Of a DNA stretch of 25,631 nucleotides, positions 8,879 to 17,879 are shown piece by piece. Below the pieces are notes generated by a model that worked only from the letters and a program-made list of their open reading frames with translations, was not told the DNA's origin and did no database searches. The stretch comes from Candidatus Zixiibacteriota bacterium. Lineage in GTDB: Bacteria; Zixibacteria; MSB-5A5; GN15; FEB-12. Positions within the stretch are counted from its first letter, which is position 1. The number at the start of each line of letters is the position of its first letter. The stretch is taken from positions 1 through 25,631 of the forward strand of contig JBGSIV010000001.1 in NCBI GenBank assembly GCA_041742355.1. Reading direction: 5' to 3'. The translations under genes and the position numbers were made by a program.

Positions 8879-8968
8879 CGTTCTGCTCCTTGTTGCCTGG
8901 TGAAAGGGCTTACCTGAGTTATCGGTAAGAATAGCACTATCTTTTATGCTACACAAGCCATAACGCGA

Positions 8969-8993
8969 ACGGCGGTGAATAGTTCACCGCCGT
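8969..8993 (-). terminator. Hairpin downstream of the sugar transferase
   Basis: ACGGCGGTGAA-tag-TTCACCGCCGT, 11-bp stem, followed by a weak T-containing tail on the minus strand. Confidence 0.55.
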
Positions 8994-9029
8994 CGGAAAT
9001 CCTGCTCCTTCAGATCGACCCGAAGGGCT

Positions 9030-9965
9030 TCAGCACGCGCCGCGGCCGGTCACGACCACAACGACGGTGCGCAGAAGAATCTTGATATCGGACCAGATCG
9101 ACCAGGTGTCAATATACTTCAGGTCAAGATCGACTTTCCGCACCACCGACGCCAGGTCGGTGTCGTAGCCGCTCTCCACCTGCGCCAGACCGGTCAATCC
9201 CGGCTTCACCTGGAGCCGCTCACGGTAATTCGCCACTTTCGTGGACAGGTCCGCCACGAACGTCGGGCGCTCCGGACGGGGCCCCACCAGCGACATGTCA
9301 CCTTTGAGCACATTGATAAACTGCGGGATCTCATCCAGACGGGTCTTCCGCATGAACGCTCCGAGCTTGGTGATCCGGGGGTCGTTCTTGCTCGCCCACA
9401 CCGGACCGCTCTTCACCTCGGCATCCGCCACCATCGTACGGAACTTGATCACCTCGAAGGGCTTTCCCATAAGGTCGCACTGCCGACGGTCATCCGAACG
9501 ACGGTCGGTGGGCAGCTCGCCCCGCTGGTGGTACCGGCGGTCACGCTTGCGGCGGTTCACCCCGACCCGAGTCTGCGTGTAAAAGACCGGGCCCCGGGAA
9601 TCCAGCTTGATCAAGATCGGGAGAACAAGGAAGATCGGAAGCGAGAGCAGGAGACCGACCATCGCCCCGAGAATGTCTAATGAACGTTTTGTGAATTGCC
9701 CCAACATCGCTTTCATCCTGGCCGGCTTCGCCAGCGCCGCCGGGAAAGCCAATACGAACAGCATCGAACACGCCACAAATAACAGCCCGTGGACATACTC
9801 GCAAGCGAAATATTTAAACTGCTCTACCAGCCCCAGGTACGGAGCCGAGGCTTCAGGACCGGCCGGAACAGCCACTTCCGTGACCGACCCGTACCGGAAG
9901 TCCCGACGCGCTACTACTGCACTGCTGTCATTCCCAATATGCTGATTCGGTATCAGATTACTCAT
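9030..9965 (-). CDS. Polyprenyl glycosylphosphotransferase (WbaP/WcaJ-type bacterial sugar transferase)
   Basis: KRSLDI, IKLDSRGPVFYTQTRVG, KFRTM, DPRITKLGAFMRKTRLDEIPQFINVLKGDMSLVGPRPERP, KPGLTGLAQV. Confidence 0.95.
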   Translation of the reverse strand: MSNLIPNQHIGNDSSAVVARRDFRYGSVTEVAVPAGPEASAPYLGLVEQFKYFACEYVHGLLFVACSMLFVLAFPAALAKPARMKAMLGQFTKRSLDILGAMVGLLLSLPIFLVLPILIKLDSRGPVFYTQTRVGVNRRKRDRRYHQRGELPTDRRSDDRRQCDLMGKPFEVIKFRTMVADAEVKSGPVWASKNDPRITKLGAFMRKTRLDEIPQFINVLKGDMSLVGPRPERPTFVADLSTKVANYRERLQVKPGLTGLAQVESGYDTDLASVVRKVDLDLKYIDTWSIWSDIKILLRTVVVVVTGRGAC

Positions 9966-10025
9966 ATCTCGTCCAAATTACTGGTTCGTTAGCACCCTTA
10001 TCTCTGCGTGTCATGACAGAAACAA

Positions 10026-10040
10026 GCAAATGTGTTGCCA
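10026..10040 (-). promoter_or_regulatory. Sigma54 -24/-12 promoter for the sugar transferase
   Basis: Minus strand TGGCAA-CACAT-TTGC, exact GG-N10-GC spacing, about 60 nt upstream of the ATG. An A-tract lies upstream at about 10113-10127. Confidence 0.75.
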
Positions 10041-10254
10041 ACTCCCCACACCTCCTCCGGAAGAGTCATAGTTCCCGGAACCGCGCCCGCAACGTGTTGT
10101 ACGCCAACGTGTAAAAATAAAAAAATAGACGGCTCCGCTCCCCCGAAAAGCGGAACCGCAGATCTTCAGGATGCAATGGATTATGACGGAAGACGACAGC
10201 CCACACAATATCTGCAACCAGTTGCCTACCCCCCGGCAACCGCCATCCTCCCCC

Positions 10255-10286
10255 AAAAAACGAAAAGCCGACCTAGAGGTCGGCTT
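10255..10286 (-). terminator. Rho-independent terminator of the PorV-like gene
   Basis: Minus strand AAGCCGACCT-ct-AGGTCGGCTT followed by TTCGTTTTTT. Confidence 0.8.
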
Positions 10287-10313
10287 CTCCGTACGCCCGA
10301 ATGACTTGTAATG

Positions 10314-11258
10314 CTAATTGCCCAGCTTCAAAACCACCGAAAACCGATGCAAATCATCGGAGGCATAGGTGTCCTGCAGCGTGTAGGCATAGTCGAAATC
10401 GAACTTCTCCAAACGGAGTCCGGCGCCGAAACTCGGCCCCGAACCGAACGACCGGTCATCCTGCCCCGGATAAAAGTTGTAGCCGGCCCGCACGAAGTAC
10501 TGGTTGCGGAAACCGTACTCCAACCCGTTGCGGAGCACTGTCCCACCGTGCAGCCGGCGGTCCACTTCGACCGCCGCCAGCAGCCGACGGTCCATAAAGT
10601 CCACCGCCGCGCCCAGACGGACCGACGACGGCAGTTGCTCCTTCACGCCGGCAAAATCCATGTCCGGACCCAGATTCGCCCCCACGACCGCGAGAGCCAG
10701 GTGTTCGAACTGGTACCGGATGCCAATATCCGCCGCAAACGTGGAGGCGCTCAGATCGTCCAGCTTCTGGTTGATGTACTTCCCGGTCACCCCGAGGGAC
10801 AACTCCGGCGTCACGGCAAAAGCGTAAGAAACCGCCCCGTACCAGTCATACACTGACACGTCTCCGGTCGCCAACCCGCTCTCGTCCCGACCGTCAATCG
10901 TCCCGTAGTTGAGGAAGCCGATTGAAGCGGCCAGAGCGGAACGCTCTCCGAAAGTGTGGGCGAACGCCCCTTGTTCGACGGTGATATCCTGATACCAGGC
11001 GAAGTGCCCAAGGGCAAATTCGGTCGGCGATGAAGAGGCCAACCCGGCCGGGTTCCAGTACGCCGACTGGGCCCCTTCAGAAACGGCCGTAAACGCGCCG
11101 CCCATGCCGGCCGCGCGCGCGCCTAAGCCGATGTGCAGGAAGTCCGCGGCTGTCTGGCCGCCTTCCCTAGCGGCGACAGTGACCTTCCCGAACAGAGCAA
11201 CGATTATCAGGAGGAGAATCCACCCGACGATAATTCGGTTCAAAGTCCTTTTTTCCAT
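10314..11258 (-). CDS. PorV/PorQ-family outer-membrane beta-barrel protein
   Basis: Signal peptide; FLHIGLGARAAGMGGAFTAV...YWNPAGLA N-terminal motif; C-terminal FDFDYAY...HRFSV. Confidence 0.88.
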   Translation of the reverse strand: MEKRTLNRIIVGWILLLIIVALFGKVTVAAREGGQTAADFLHIGLGARAAGMGGAFTAVSEGAQSAYWNPAGLASSSPTEFALGHFAWYQDITVEQGAFAHTFGERSALAASIGFLNYGTIDGRDESGLATGDVSVYDWYGAVSYAFAVTPELSLGVTGKYINQKLDDLSASTFAADIGIRYQFEHLALAVVGANLGPDMDFAGVKEQLPSSVRLGAAVDFMDRRLLAAVEVDRRLHGGTVLRNGLEYGFRNQYFVRAGYNFYPGQDDRSFGSGPSFGAGLRLEKFDFDYAYTLQDTYASDDLHRFSVVLKLGN

Positions 11259-11301
11259 TTCCCAGCCTCTTTGGTGTTTCGATCGTTCCAGGAGGAGTAA
11301 G

Positions 11302-11316
11302 GCAAGGGAAATGCCG
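11302..11316 (-). promoter_or_regulatory. Sigma54 -24/-12 promoter for the PorV-like gene
   Basis: Minus strand CGGCAT-TTCCC-TTGC, exact GG-N10-GC spacing, about 44 nt upstream of the ATG. Confidence 0.65.
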
Positions 11317-11774
11317 GATCAGAGACCGATTCCTGCCCCATTTGAGATTCTGTCGAACAGCGCCTGCGTTCGTACAAGTTGCTGCGGCTCAACAAAATTA
11401 CACCACCCATTTCCTATGGATGTCCGGCGTGCCGGAAACCAAAGTGGTCAACGATGCCCGGATCTATCGACCCCATTGATCGGTTCCTGGACAGTACCCG
11501 CTTGCCGCAGCCGTCGTTATCGACCAACTACTCGCCGCACAATGGGTTGTGCGGCCTGCCCAAAATCCGACATCCTGTTGTCAGATTCATGCCCACACAG
11601 AAGATCCTATATGGGCGCGGTCCTACACATTTATCGGAAGAATGTCGGTGCTCTCCACTGAAGAATCAACTTAAAAAACTACATGATCCGGAAAAATCCC
11701 GGATACTGCTGTCTTCGTATTCCGCGGTGCCACTCCCCGTCAGCCTCGAAGAGCCGTGCTTCGTCTGCCTGACC

Positions 11775-11815
11775 GAAAGCGAAACTGCGCCGAAGAACCC
11801 CCGGCGCAGCGTTTC
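11775..11815 (-). terminator. Probable terminator downstream of the DUF4870-like gene
   Basis: Minus strand CTGCGCCG-(ggggttctt)-CGGCGCAG followed by TTTCGCTTT. Confidence 0.55.
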
Positions 11816-11847
11816 ATCTTATACGTGTGAAGAGAAGAATGGTGGGG

Positions 11848-12267
11848 CTAGAGCTTAACTTTTTCCGCCCAGTCGCTGATAATCGGCAGCCGATAGCTTC
11901 TCCCCTGTAGCGCCAGGACAATACCCAGCACCGAGAAACCGATCGCCGCGACCAGAAGAACGCGAAAGACAAATCGCGACACCCCGTCGATCAGGAAAAG
12001 CACCGCGACCAGCTCCAGCAGAAAGAGCAGCACCCCCTGACGGGCGTGGAAGCGCGCTTCCTTATTCTCGCGCATATTCAGCAGCGGCACAAAACAGAGA
12101 ATCGGTATGTACGCGATGATCGCCGCCAGGCGTCCCTCTTCCGACGAGAATTCGCCCATTTCGATTGCGATCGTCTTCACCTTCGGCTCTTTCGGCGCGC
12201 TCGCCGCCGCCTCGGGCGTTTCCACCGCCGTCGCCGGCGGCTCTTCAGGAAAAAATGACTCGCTCAT
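11848..12267 (-). CDS. DUF4870-like small membrane protein
   Basis: LAAIIAYIPILCFVPLL...ARFHARQG...LALQGRSYRLPII pattern; about 3 TM segments. Confidence 0.8.
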   Translation of the reverse strand: MSESFFPEEPPATAVETPEAAASAPKEPKVKTIAIEMGEFSSEEGRLAAIIAYIPILCFVPLLNMRENKEARFHARQGVLLFLLELVAVLFLIDGVSRFVFRVLLVAAIGFSVLGIVLALQGRSYRLPIISDWAEKVKL

Positions 12268-12303
12268 AGCATCTTTCCATTTCCGGCCGTTGCGGCTCCC
12301 CGC

Positions 12304-14418
12304 CTACGACCAGAATAACTCACGGTTCCTCTCGTACACTTCGAGCGCGATCGGCTTGCCTTCCGGCCACGACTCCAGCTTCTGCCGCCCGTCAGAAAGC
12401 GTCACGCCGAATTCAAGCTTTCCGAACCCCTCATCGAACAGCCAGTCGCGGGCGATCCCGATTTCGAACACGTCGCCCAGCGCCGCCGTGTAGTGCCCCT
12501 GCGGATCGACTCGCGTCTGGCCCCGGGACAGGTTCTCGACAATCTTGCGCCCCTCCGGGCCGTGGAACGCCAGCTGGATCACCGGCTCCTTAATTGAGTC
12601 TAGGATTCTTTTACTGACAAAGTCAAGCCGAATGTACAGCCGCTCGTGATCGTAGACGAAGTAGATCGTCGACAGGTACCGCTCCACGCGGTGCATGCTC
12701 CCGCCCGCCTCGAGACAATCGTAAATTCCCGCCCCCGACCACTCGTAGAAGTGCGTCACCCGTCCGTCCACCTCCGGCGACAGGAGCGTATCGGGCGGCG
12801 TGGTCTGCGATTTTGTCTCCCCCTGGTAGATCGGCACCCACAACTGGTCCGGCACCTCCAGCCCCAGGAGGTCGTAGACCGCGACCAAATGCCGCCGGAA
12901 AATGCGGTCGAACGTCACGTTGCCCTGGCCGCGGTGCTCGTCCCCGTACCACCAGCACCAATCCGACCCTTCGGCGATATGAATCTGCTGCCAGGCCGCC
13001 GCGAGGCGCTCCGGATCGAACTCCGGATGTTCCTCTTCGAAACTCTCCAGCCGGTCGCGCGCCGCGCCCAGAAGATCCCAGGCCGCGTTATCCTCATGGT
13101 GGCCGATCCAGATGCGGAAATTGTGGTTGATCCACGATCCCGCAAACAGCCGCGGCAGGGGCCGGGGCGCCACCGTTGAGATCGCCTCGGTCACCGTCAC
13201 CGTCCGCAGCTCACGGTCGGTCGCCAGCCGCTGGTACAGCAGCTGCAGGAAATCCCGCCCGTCGTTTGGATAGTACTCCCACGCATTCTCGCCGTCGAGA
13301 ATGATCGGCACCACCGGATCGATGCCCATGCCCTTGGTCCGATGCCCGATCGCCTTGATCTGCGCCACCAGGTCGCTGACCGCCCGATCGGCATCCCACG
13401 AGCTGTAGACGAACCCGATCCGGTCCGACAGCGAGTGGTCCCGGAACAGCAGGTGCAAACCCGATCCGTAGCTGTACACCGTATGCGGCGGATTGGCCGA
13501 CCGGTCCTGCCCCGCCTTGCGCAGGGACGCGTACAGGATCTCTTCATCGGTAGCGATCCACCGGATCCCGTGCTTCAGGCACAGCGCCGCCACGTCTTCC
13601 GACACCGATCCCTCCGAGGGCCACATCCCGACCATCTCTTTGCCGAACAGCTCCTGGTAGCTCTCTTTCGACTTGAGAATGTGCCACTCGGCGTCCTCCG
13701 GATGGCGGAACCGCCGCGCCGGCAGATTGATCCCCGGGATCGCCTCCTTGGCCGCATCCGTGTCGCACAGCAGCGGCAGGATCGGGTGGTAGTACGGGGT
13801 GAAGCTGACATCGATCCGTCCCTCCTGGAACAGGCGACGGTAGGTTGGCACGATCCGATCAATGAAGCTGATCTGCCAGTCGAGCAGGCGCTGTTTCTGG
13901 TCCTCGCTGAAATACCGCCCGCGCACCAGGAGCGTGCGCACCGGTTCCTCATCACGGAAGAGCGGGTCGACCCAGGAGAGGTTTGACCAGACTTGCAGGT
14001 CGCGCAGCTCCTCGGAGGTAAACAGCGCCGGCAGCACCGGCTCGCCCAGGTTGGTGCGGTATTTGCGAAACAGTTCGGCGTAGCGGGGATAGGGTTCGAT
14101 CAGGGTCGCCGCGTGGCCGGCGAAAAAGGTGCTGAGGATCTCGCGGCGCAATTCGTCAGAGAGCTGATCGGCCGGGATCCTTGACAGCTCGAAGTGGCGG
14201 TCCACCCCGCCGTCAACATACAGTTGCAACTGGTCCAGCAGCGCCGGCACAAGGTTGAACGTGACCCGCACGTTCTCCTGTTCGGCCGCCAGGAGGGGCA
14301 TGTCGAGGTAATCTTTGAGCGCATGCAGCCGAACCCACGGCAGCACCAGGCGCCGCGATTGCGGCTCCTGGTAGTTGGGCTGGTGCATGTGCCAGAGGAG
14401 AGCGACTTTGATCGGCAT
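12304..14418 (-). CDS. Glycoside hydrolase family 57 (amylopullulanase/alpha-glucan-active type)
   Basis: GH57 conserved regions LLWHMHQP, GMWPSEG (nucleophile Glu), ILDGENAWE (acid/base Asp), AEGSDWCWW. No signal peptide. Confidence 0.93.
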   Translation of the reverse strand: MPIKVALLWHMHQPNYQEPQSRRLVLPWVRLHALKDYLDMPLLAAEQENVRVTFNLVPALLDQLQLYVDGGVDRHFELSRIPADQLSDELRREILSTFFAGHAATLIEPYPRYAELFRKYRTNLGEPVLPALFTSEELRDLQVWSNLSWVDPLFRDEEPVRTLLVRGRYFSEDQKQRLLDWQISFIDRIVPTYRRLFQEGRIDVSFTPYYHPILPLLCDTDAAKEAIPGINLPARRFRHPEDAEWHILKSKESYQELFGKEMVGMWPSEGSVSEDVAALCLKHGIRWIATDEEILYASLRKAGQDRSANPPHTVYSYGSGLHLLFRDHSLSDRIGFVYSSWDADRAVSDLVAQIKAIGHRTKGMGIDPVVPIILDGENAWEYYPNDGRDFLQLLYQRLATDRELRTVTVTEAISTVAPRPLPRLFAGSWINHNFRIWIGHHEDNAAWDLLGAARDRLESFEEEHPEFDPERLAAAWQQIHIAEGSDWCWWYGDEHRGQGNVTFDRIFRRHLVAVYDLLGLEVPDQLWVPIYQGETKSQTTPPDTLLSPEVDGRVTHFYEWSGAGIYDCLEAGGSMHRVERYLSTIYFVYDHERLYIRLDFVSKRILDSIKEPVIQLAFHGPEGRKIVENLSRGQTRVDPQGHYTAALGDVFEIGIARDWLFDEGFGKLEFGVTLSDGRQKLESWPEGKPIALEVYERNRELFWS

Positions 14419-14451
14419 AACGGCTCGCGCTCCCGACCCGGTCAGGTCCGG

Positions 14452-15138
14452 TTATCCCTGGGGTCCGGCGGCCGTCTTCTCGGCGTAGTACCGGGCGGCC
14501 CGCATGTAAGCGTCCGTCTCGGGAAATTTCTCTTTTAGTACGTCAAGCTGCTCGCGCGCCTTGTCGGCCTGATTCGCCGCCAGGTAGTTGCGCATCGCCC
14601 CGGTATGGTAGTACGGCGCCATCGGGCCGTCCGGCAACTCGGCTACCGCCTCGACAAATTTGGCCGCCGCCTGAGCGAAATCGCTCTGCTCCTCGAACGA
14701 AGCGCCGAGCCCCGCCAGAGCCGCGGCCCGGTCGAGCTTGTTGTCGCCGAACTTTTCGAGGTACATGTTCCAGTACCGCTGCGCCTCGGTGAAGTTGCGC
14801 AACTCGTAGTTCACCTGACCGAGCATGTAGGTCGACTTCTGGGCGACCTGGTTGCTCCCGTGCTCGTCGAGAATCTGCTGGAACGTCGTGAGCGACACCT
14901 GGCGGTTGCCGCTGCGGTACTCGGTCATCCCTCGCGCGAACATCTGCCCCGCTTCATCCTGCGCCGAGGCGCCGCTGCTGATGAAGTAGGCGATACCCAC
15001 GATCGCGAGCAGGACGACCACGCCGCCAATAACGAAGAACTGCCAGTTGTCGGCCAAACGCTGCTTCGAGGTCAGCATGAACGTCGTGAATTTATCTTCT
15101 TTGATCTGTCGTTTCGACAGCTTGACCTTGCTTTGCAT
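14452..15138 (-). CDS. Membrane-anchored tetratricopeptide repeat protein (YfgM-like)
   Basis: Basic N-terminus (KRQIKEDKF), one TM helix, then TPR-like helical repeats. Confidence 0.82.
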   Translation of the reverse strand: MQSKVKLSKRQIKEDKFTTFMLTSKQRLADNWQFFVIGGVVVLLAIVGIAYFISSGASAQDEAGQMFARGMTEYRSGNRQVSLTTFQQILDEHGSNQVAQKSTYMLGQVNYELRNFTEAQRYWNMYLEKFGDNKLDRAAALAGLGASFEEQSDFAQAAAKFVEAVAELPDGPMAPYYHTGAMRNYLAANQADKAREQLDVLKEKFPETDAYMRAARYYAEKTAAGPQG

Positions 15139-15213
15139 CCCTTGATCTCCAGGCGGTTACTCGTGTCTACAACCGTTATCGGTCGTACGGCTGTGAGGAT
15201 TAGCGCACAAACC

Positions 15214-15241
15214 GACGGTGCGGCCGATCAGCCGCACCGTC
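15214..15241 (-). terminator. Hairpin immediately after the FadL-like gene
   Basis: GACGGTGCGGC-N6-GCCGCACCGTC, 11-bp stem; weak GGTTTG tail. Confidence 0.55.
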
Positions 15242-15254
15242 TTGCTATTTATAC

Positions 15255-16724
15255 TTAGAAGTAGCCCGTAAAGGTCGCGTTCAGCGAGTGGTTTCTGAAC
15301 TTCTGGTGGAACAGGCCGGTCCGGGCATACCCCGGATTTCCCGTGTCCCAGTCCCGGGTCAGGTAGGCGTAGGCGAAATCAAAGTGGATCTGCTTCCACC
15401 AGATACCTGTACCGACCGACAAACGAACCCCGCTGGTCCGGGACTCCGTGGCCAGTAGTGTCGCCCCGCCCGTGGCATCCACGATAACCGTATCCGGCTC
15501 GTAGCTCTGCACCGTCGTCGGCACATAGGCGAAACCCGCCCGGACAGGAACCGTCCCCCAGGCGTGCTGCCACAGGTGCTCGGCCCCAACGCGGAACTGG
15601 AAGACATTGTTCCACAGCGAATCCGAGGACACCTCGGTGTAGAACTCCTCGTTTTCGCCGCCCGGATCCAGGAAGAGCGAATCGCGCAGCTGCACGCCGC
15701 GGGAACTGAAGTTGCGGTACTCGACATCCGCCGTCACGGTGGTCCGCTCGTTGAGCTGATACGCCCCGCCCAGGCCGATCATCCACGGCGATTCATACTT
15801 GGCCATCAGGTTGTCGAAGTAGACGGTGTCCGTGCCGGCATCCTGCACCAACCCGTTGCGCGCGGTGATCAGGTAGTAGGACCGATCCGTCTCCACCTTG
15901 AGGTCAAACGGCGTCCGGATCACCAATCCTACCCCCAGCTTGCCCGCCATGAGCCCGTCGTACTTGAACCCGAGCGTGAAGTTGTATCCCGAGAACCTGT
16001 TGGAATCAAGTACCGTGGTCGTCGTCACGGAGGTGTAGCTCTGCAGGAAGCCGTCCAGCAGGTCGCCCGACTCGCTCCGCTGGACCGTCTCGCGGACGAC
16101 ATCGCCGGAGTACACGTTCAGCGCAATACCCGTCGACAGATTACCGTAGAGCCGCGTCCCGATGCCGAAGGAGACGCTCTTGAGGCCACCTTCCATCTCC
16201 GACTGGATGCCATCGACAAACTCGGCCGTGTCCACCGCGCCCAGACGCGGTTCATAGATGAACGTGTACCCGAACGAGTACACGAGCGCCTGGTATTCGT
16301 TGTACAGCGTGTTGTAGGCGAATGACCCGACAAAGGGATGGCCCTTGATTCGCAGCGGCGCCGCAAAATTCAGCGCGTTCACCCCGCTGATGGATCCGTT
16401 GTGGTCGATCCCGCTCAGCCCTCCCTGCGTGTAGAAATCCGTCTTTGTCTCCCCCCGCGGCATCATACTGCCATAGGACATCGACAGCACCGGCTGGTTC
16501 AGATTGAACAGACCCGCCGGATTCCAGCTCACCGACGTTACGTCGTTCGATAATCCGAGAAACGCGTTCCCCATCGCGAAGGCCCGGGATCCGCTGCCCG
16601 CGTAGTCGAGCTGGTACCCCTCAAGGGGCGGCCGACCGAGCACATCATCCAGAGTCACCTGCGCGAATGCTGTTGCAGCTGTCATTACCACCACGGCAGT
16701 GCACTTCACAAGCAACGACTTCAT
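15255..16724 (-). CDS. OmpP1/FadL-superfamily outer-membrane beta-barrel protein
   Basis: AAGGAG SD before ATG 16724; signal peptide ending AFA; GSRAFAMGNAFLGLSNDVTSVSWNPAGL; terminal TGYF. Confidence 0.85.
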   Translation of the reverse strand: MKSLLVKCTAVVVMTAATAFAQVTLDDVLGRPPLEGYQLDYAGSGSRAFAMGNAFLGLSNDVTSVSWNPAGLFNLNQPVLSMSYGSMMPRGETKTDFYTQGGLSGIDHNGSISGVNALNFAAPLRIKGHPFVGSFAYNTLYNEYQALVYSFGYTFIYEPRLGAVDTAEFVDGIQSEMEGGLKSVSFGIGTRLYGNLSTGIALNVYSGDVVRETVQRSESGDLLDGFLQSYTSVTTTTVLDSNRFSGYNFTLGFKYDGLMAGKLGVGLVIRTPFDLKVETDRSYYLITARNGLVQDAGTDTVYFDNLMAKYESPWMIGLGGAYQLNERTTVTADVEYRNFSSRGVQLRDSLFLDPGGENEEFYTEVSSDSLWNNVFQFRVGAEHLWQHAWGTVPVRAGFAYVPTTVQSYEPDTVIVDATGGATLLATESRTSGVRLSVGTGIWWKQIHFDFAYAYLTRDWDTGNPGYARTGLFHQKFRNHSLNATFTGYF

Positions 16725-16802
16725 CCTAATCGACTCCTTTATCGAAACACACAAGAAATATCATTCGCCTATAGACGTACAACCGGCCAAAAATAGGTAA
16801 CA

Positions 16803-16831
16803 AATATAGTTACGCCCATCCGGCCTGTCAA
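16803..16831 (-). promoter_or_regulatory. Sigma70-type promoter for the FadL-like gene
   Basis: Minus strand TTGACA-N17-TATATT. Confidence 0.8.
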
Positions 16832-16910
16832 ACGTTTTCCCGCGAAACTCCCGCCGTATCCGGCTGTTTTCAAACGACTTGACAGCGCCCGACCCACTCC
16901 GCGACAGATA

Positions 16911-16987
16911 TGGTACCCCCGGCAGGAATCGAACCTGCGGCACGCGGTTTAGGAAACCGCTGCTCTGTCCAACTGAGCTACGGGGGC
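16911..16987 (-). tRNA. tRNA-Arg (anticodon CCT), CCA encoded
   Basis: GCCCCCG TAGCTCAGTTGGACAGAGCA GCGGT TT-CCT-AA ACCGC GTGCC GCAGG TTCGATT CCTGC CGGGGGT ACCA forms a cloverleaf. Confidence 0.97.
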
Positions 16988-17009
16988 GCCGTCAGACCTA
17001 TTGCCCCGC

Positions 17010-17038
17010 AAGAAACCGCCCCGCCCCTGGTTTGTCAA
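17010..17038 (-). promoter_or_regulatory. Putative promoter of tRNA-Arg
   Basis: TTGACA-N17-TTTCTT about 22 nt upstream of the tRNA; the -10 is non-canonical. Confidence 0.5.
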
Positions 17039-17062
17039 CGACGATTTCCCCCGGCGCAGACG

Positions 17063-17587
17063 TCACTCGCTGTCGTACGAAATCAAACACCGCACATCGT
17101 ACCCAGCCAGCTTCTCCCGCCACGGTAAAAACCGCAGATCAATCACCGCCGCAATTCCCGCGACCTCTCCCCCGAGCTTCTCTATCAAGCGGCACGCCGC
17201 CAGCAACGTCCCTCCGGTGGCAATCAGGTCATCCACAACCACCACTCGCTCCCCCGGATTCACGGCATCGGCATGCAGTTCCAGCCGGTCGGTCCCGTAC
17301 TCCAGCTCGTACTCCTCGAAAATTGTCTTGTAGGGCAACTTTCCCGGCTTGCGCGCCGGCACGATGCTCAGTCCCAGGCGATCGGCGATCGCCGCGCCGA
17401 AGAAGAACCCGCGCGCCTCGATCGCCAGAATCTTTGTCGCCCGGCACTCCCGGACATACCCCTCCAGCATGTCCACCGCCGCCCGAAACCCCTCCGGGTT
17501 CTGCAGGAGCGTCGTGATGTCGTAGAAATTGATCCCCGGCTTGGGGAAATCCGGCACACTGCGAATGTACTGCTTTAAATCTCGCAC
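17063..17587 (-). CDS. apt: Adenine phosphoribosyltransferase
   Basis: IRSVPDFPKPGINFYDITTLL, IEARGF, RKPGKLP, YELEYG, VVVDDLIATGGT. Start set at GTG 17587 after AGGAGAGG. Confidence 0.96.
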   Translation of the reverse strand: MRDLKQYIRSVPDFPKPGINFYDITTLLQNPEGFRAAVDMLEGYVRECRATKILAIEARGFFFGAAIADRLGLSIVPARKPGKLPYKTIFEEYELEYGTDRLELHADAVNPGERVVVVDDLIATGGTLLAACRLIEKLGGEVAGIAAVIDLRFLPWREKLAGYDVRCLISYDSE

Positions 17588-17600
17588 CGCTGCGCCTCTC

Positions 17601-17879
17601 CTAACGTCTGATGTCGAATCCGTCATATGATCCCGAATACTCCTGCCAACCGGCCTTTATCTCCCGCACCGAGGCCATCGGCGGCCCCTGACGCAGGTCG
17701 TCAATGAATGATTCCACTTCGCCCCGCTCTCCCTCGGCGTACGCCGAAACCGAACCGTCGCGGTTGTTACGCACCCAGCCCGAAAGCCCGCGTTCCTGCG
17801 CCCGCCGGACCGCGTACCAGCGATACCCCACGCCCTGGACATCGCCCATCACCTGTAATTCCACTCCCACCAGCGGCAT
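17601..17879 (-). CDS. acyP: Acylphosphatase
   Basis: GDVQGVGYR and GWVRNNRDGSV signatures; ATG overlaps the upstream stop (TAATG). Confidence 0.94.
   Translation of the reverse strand: MPLVGVELQVMGDVQGVGYRWYAVRRAQERGLSGWVRNNRDGSVSAYAEGERGEVESFIDDLRQGPPMASVREIKAGWQEYSGSYDGFDIRR

Noticed and set aside
8945..8960. Third sigma54 promoter upstream of the PEGA gene (TGGCTTGTGTAGC)
   Set aside because: GG-to-GC spacing is 8, not the required 10.
11104..11858. Plus-strand ORFs of 185 and 159 aa in the long intergenic region
   Set aside because: No family motifs, atypical composition, and overlap with the PorV-like start and promoter.
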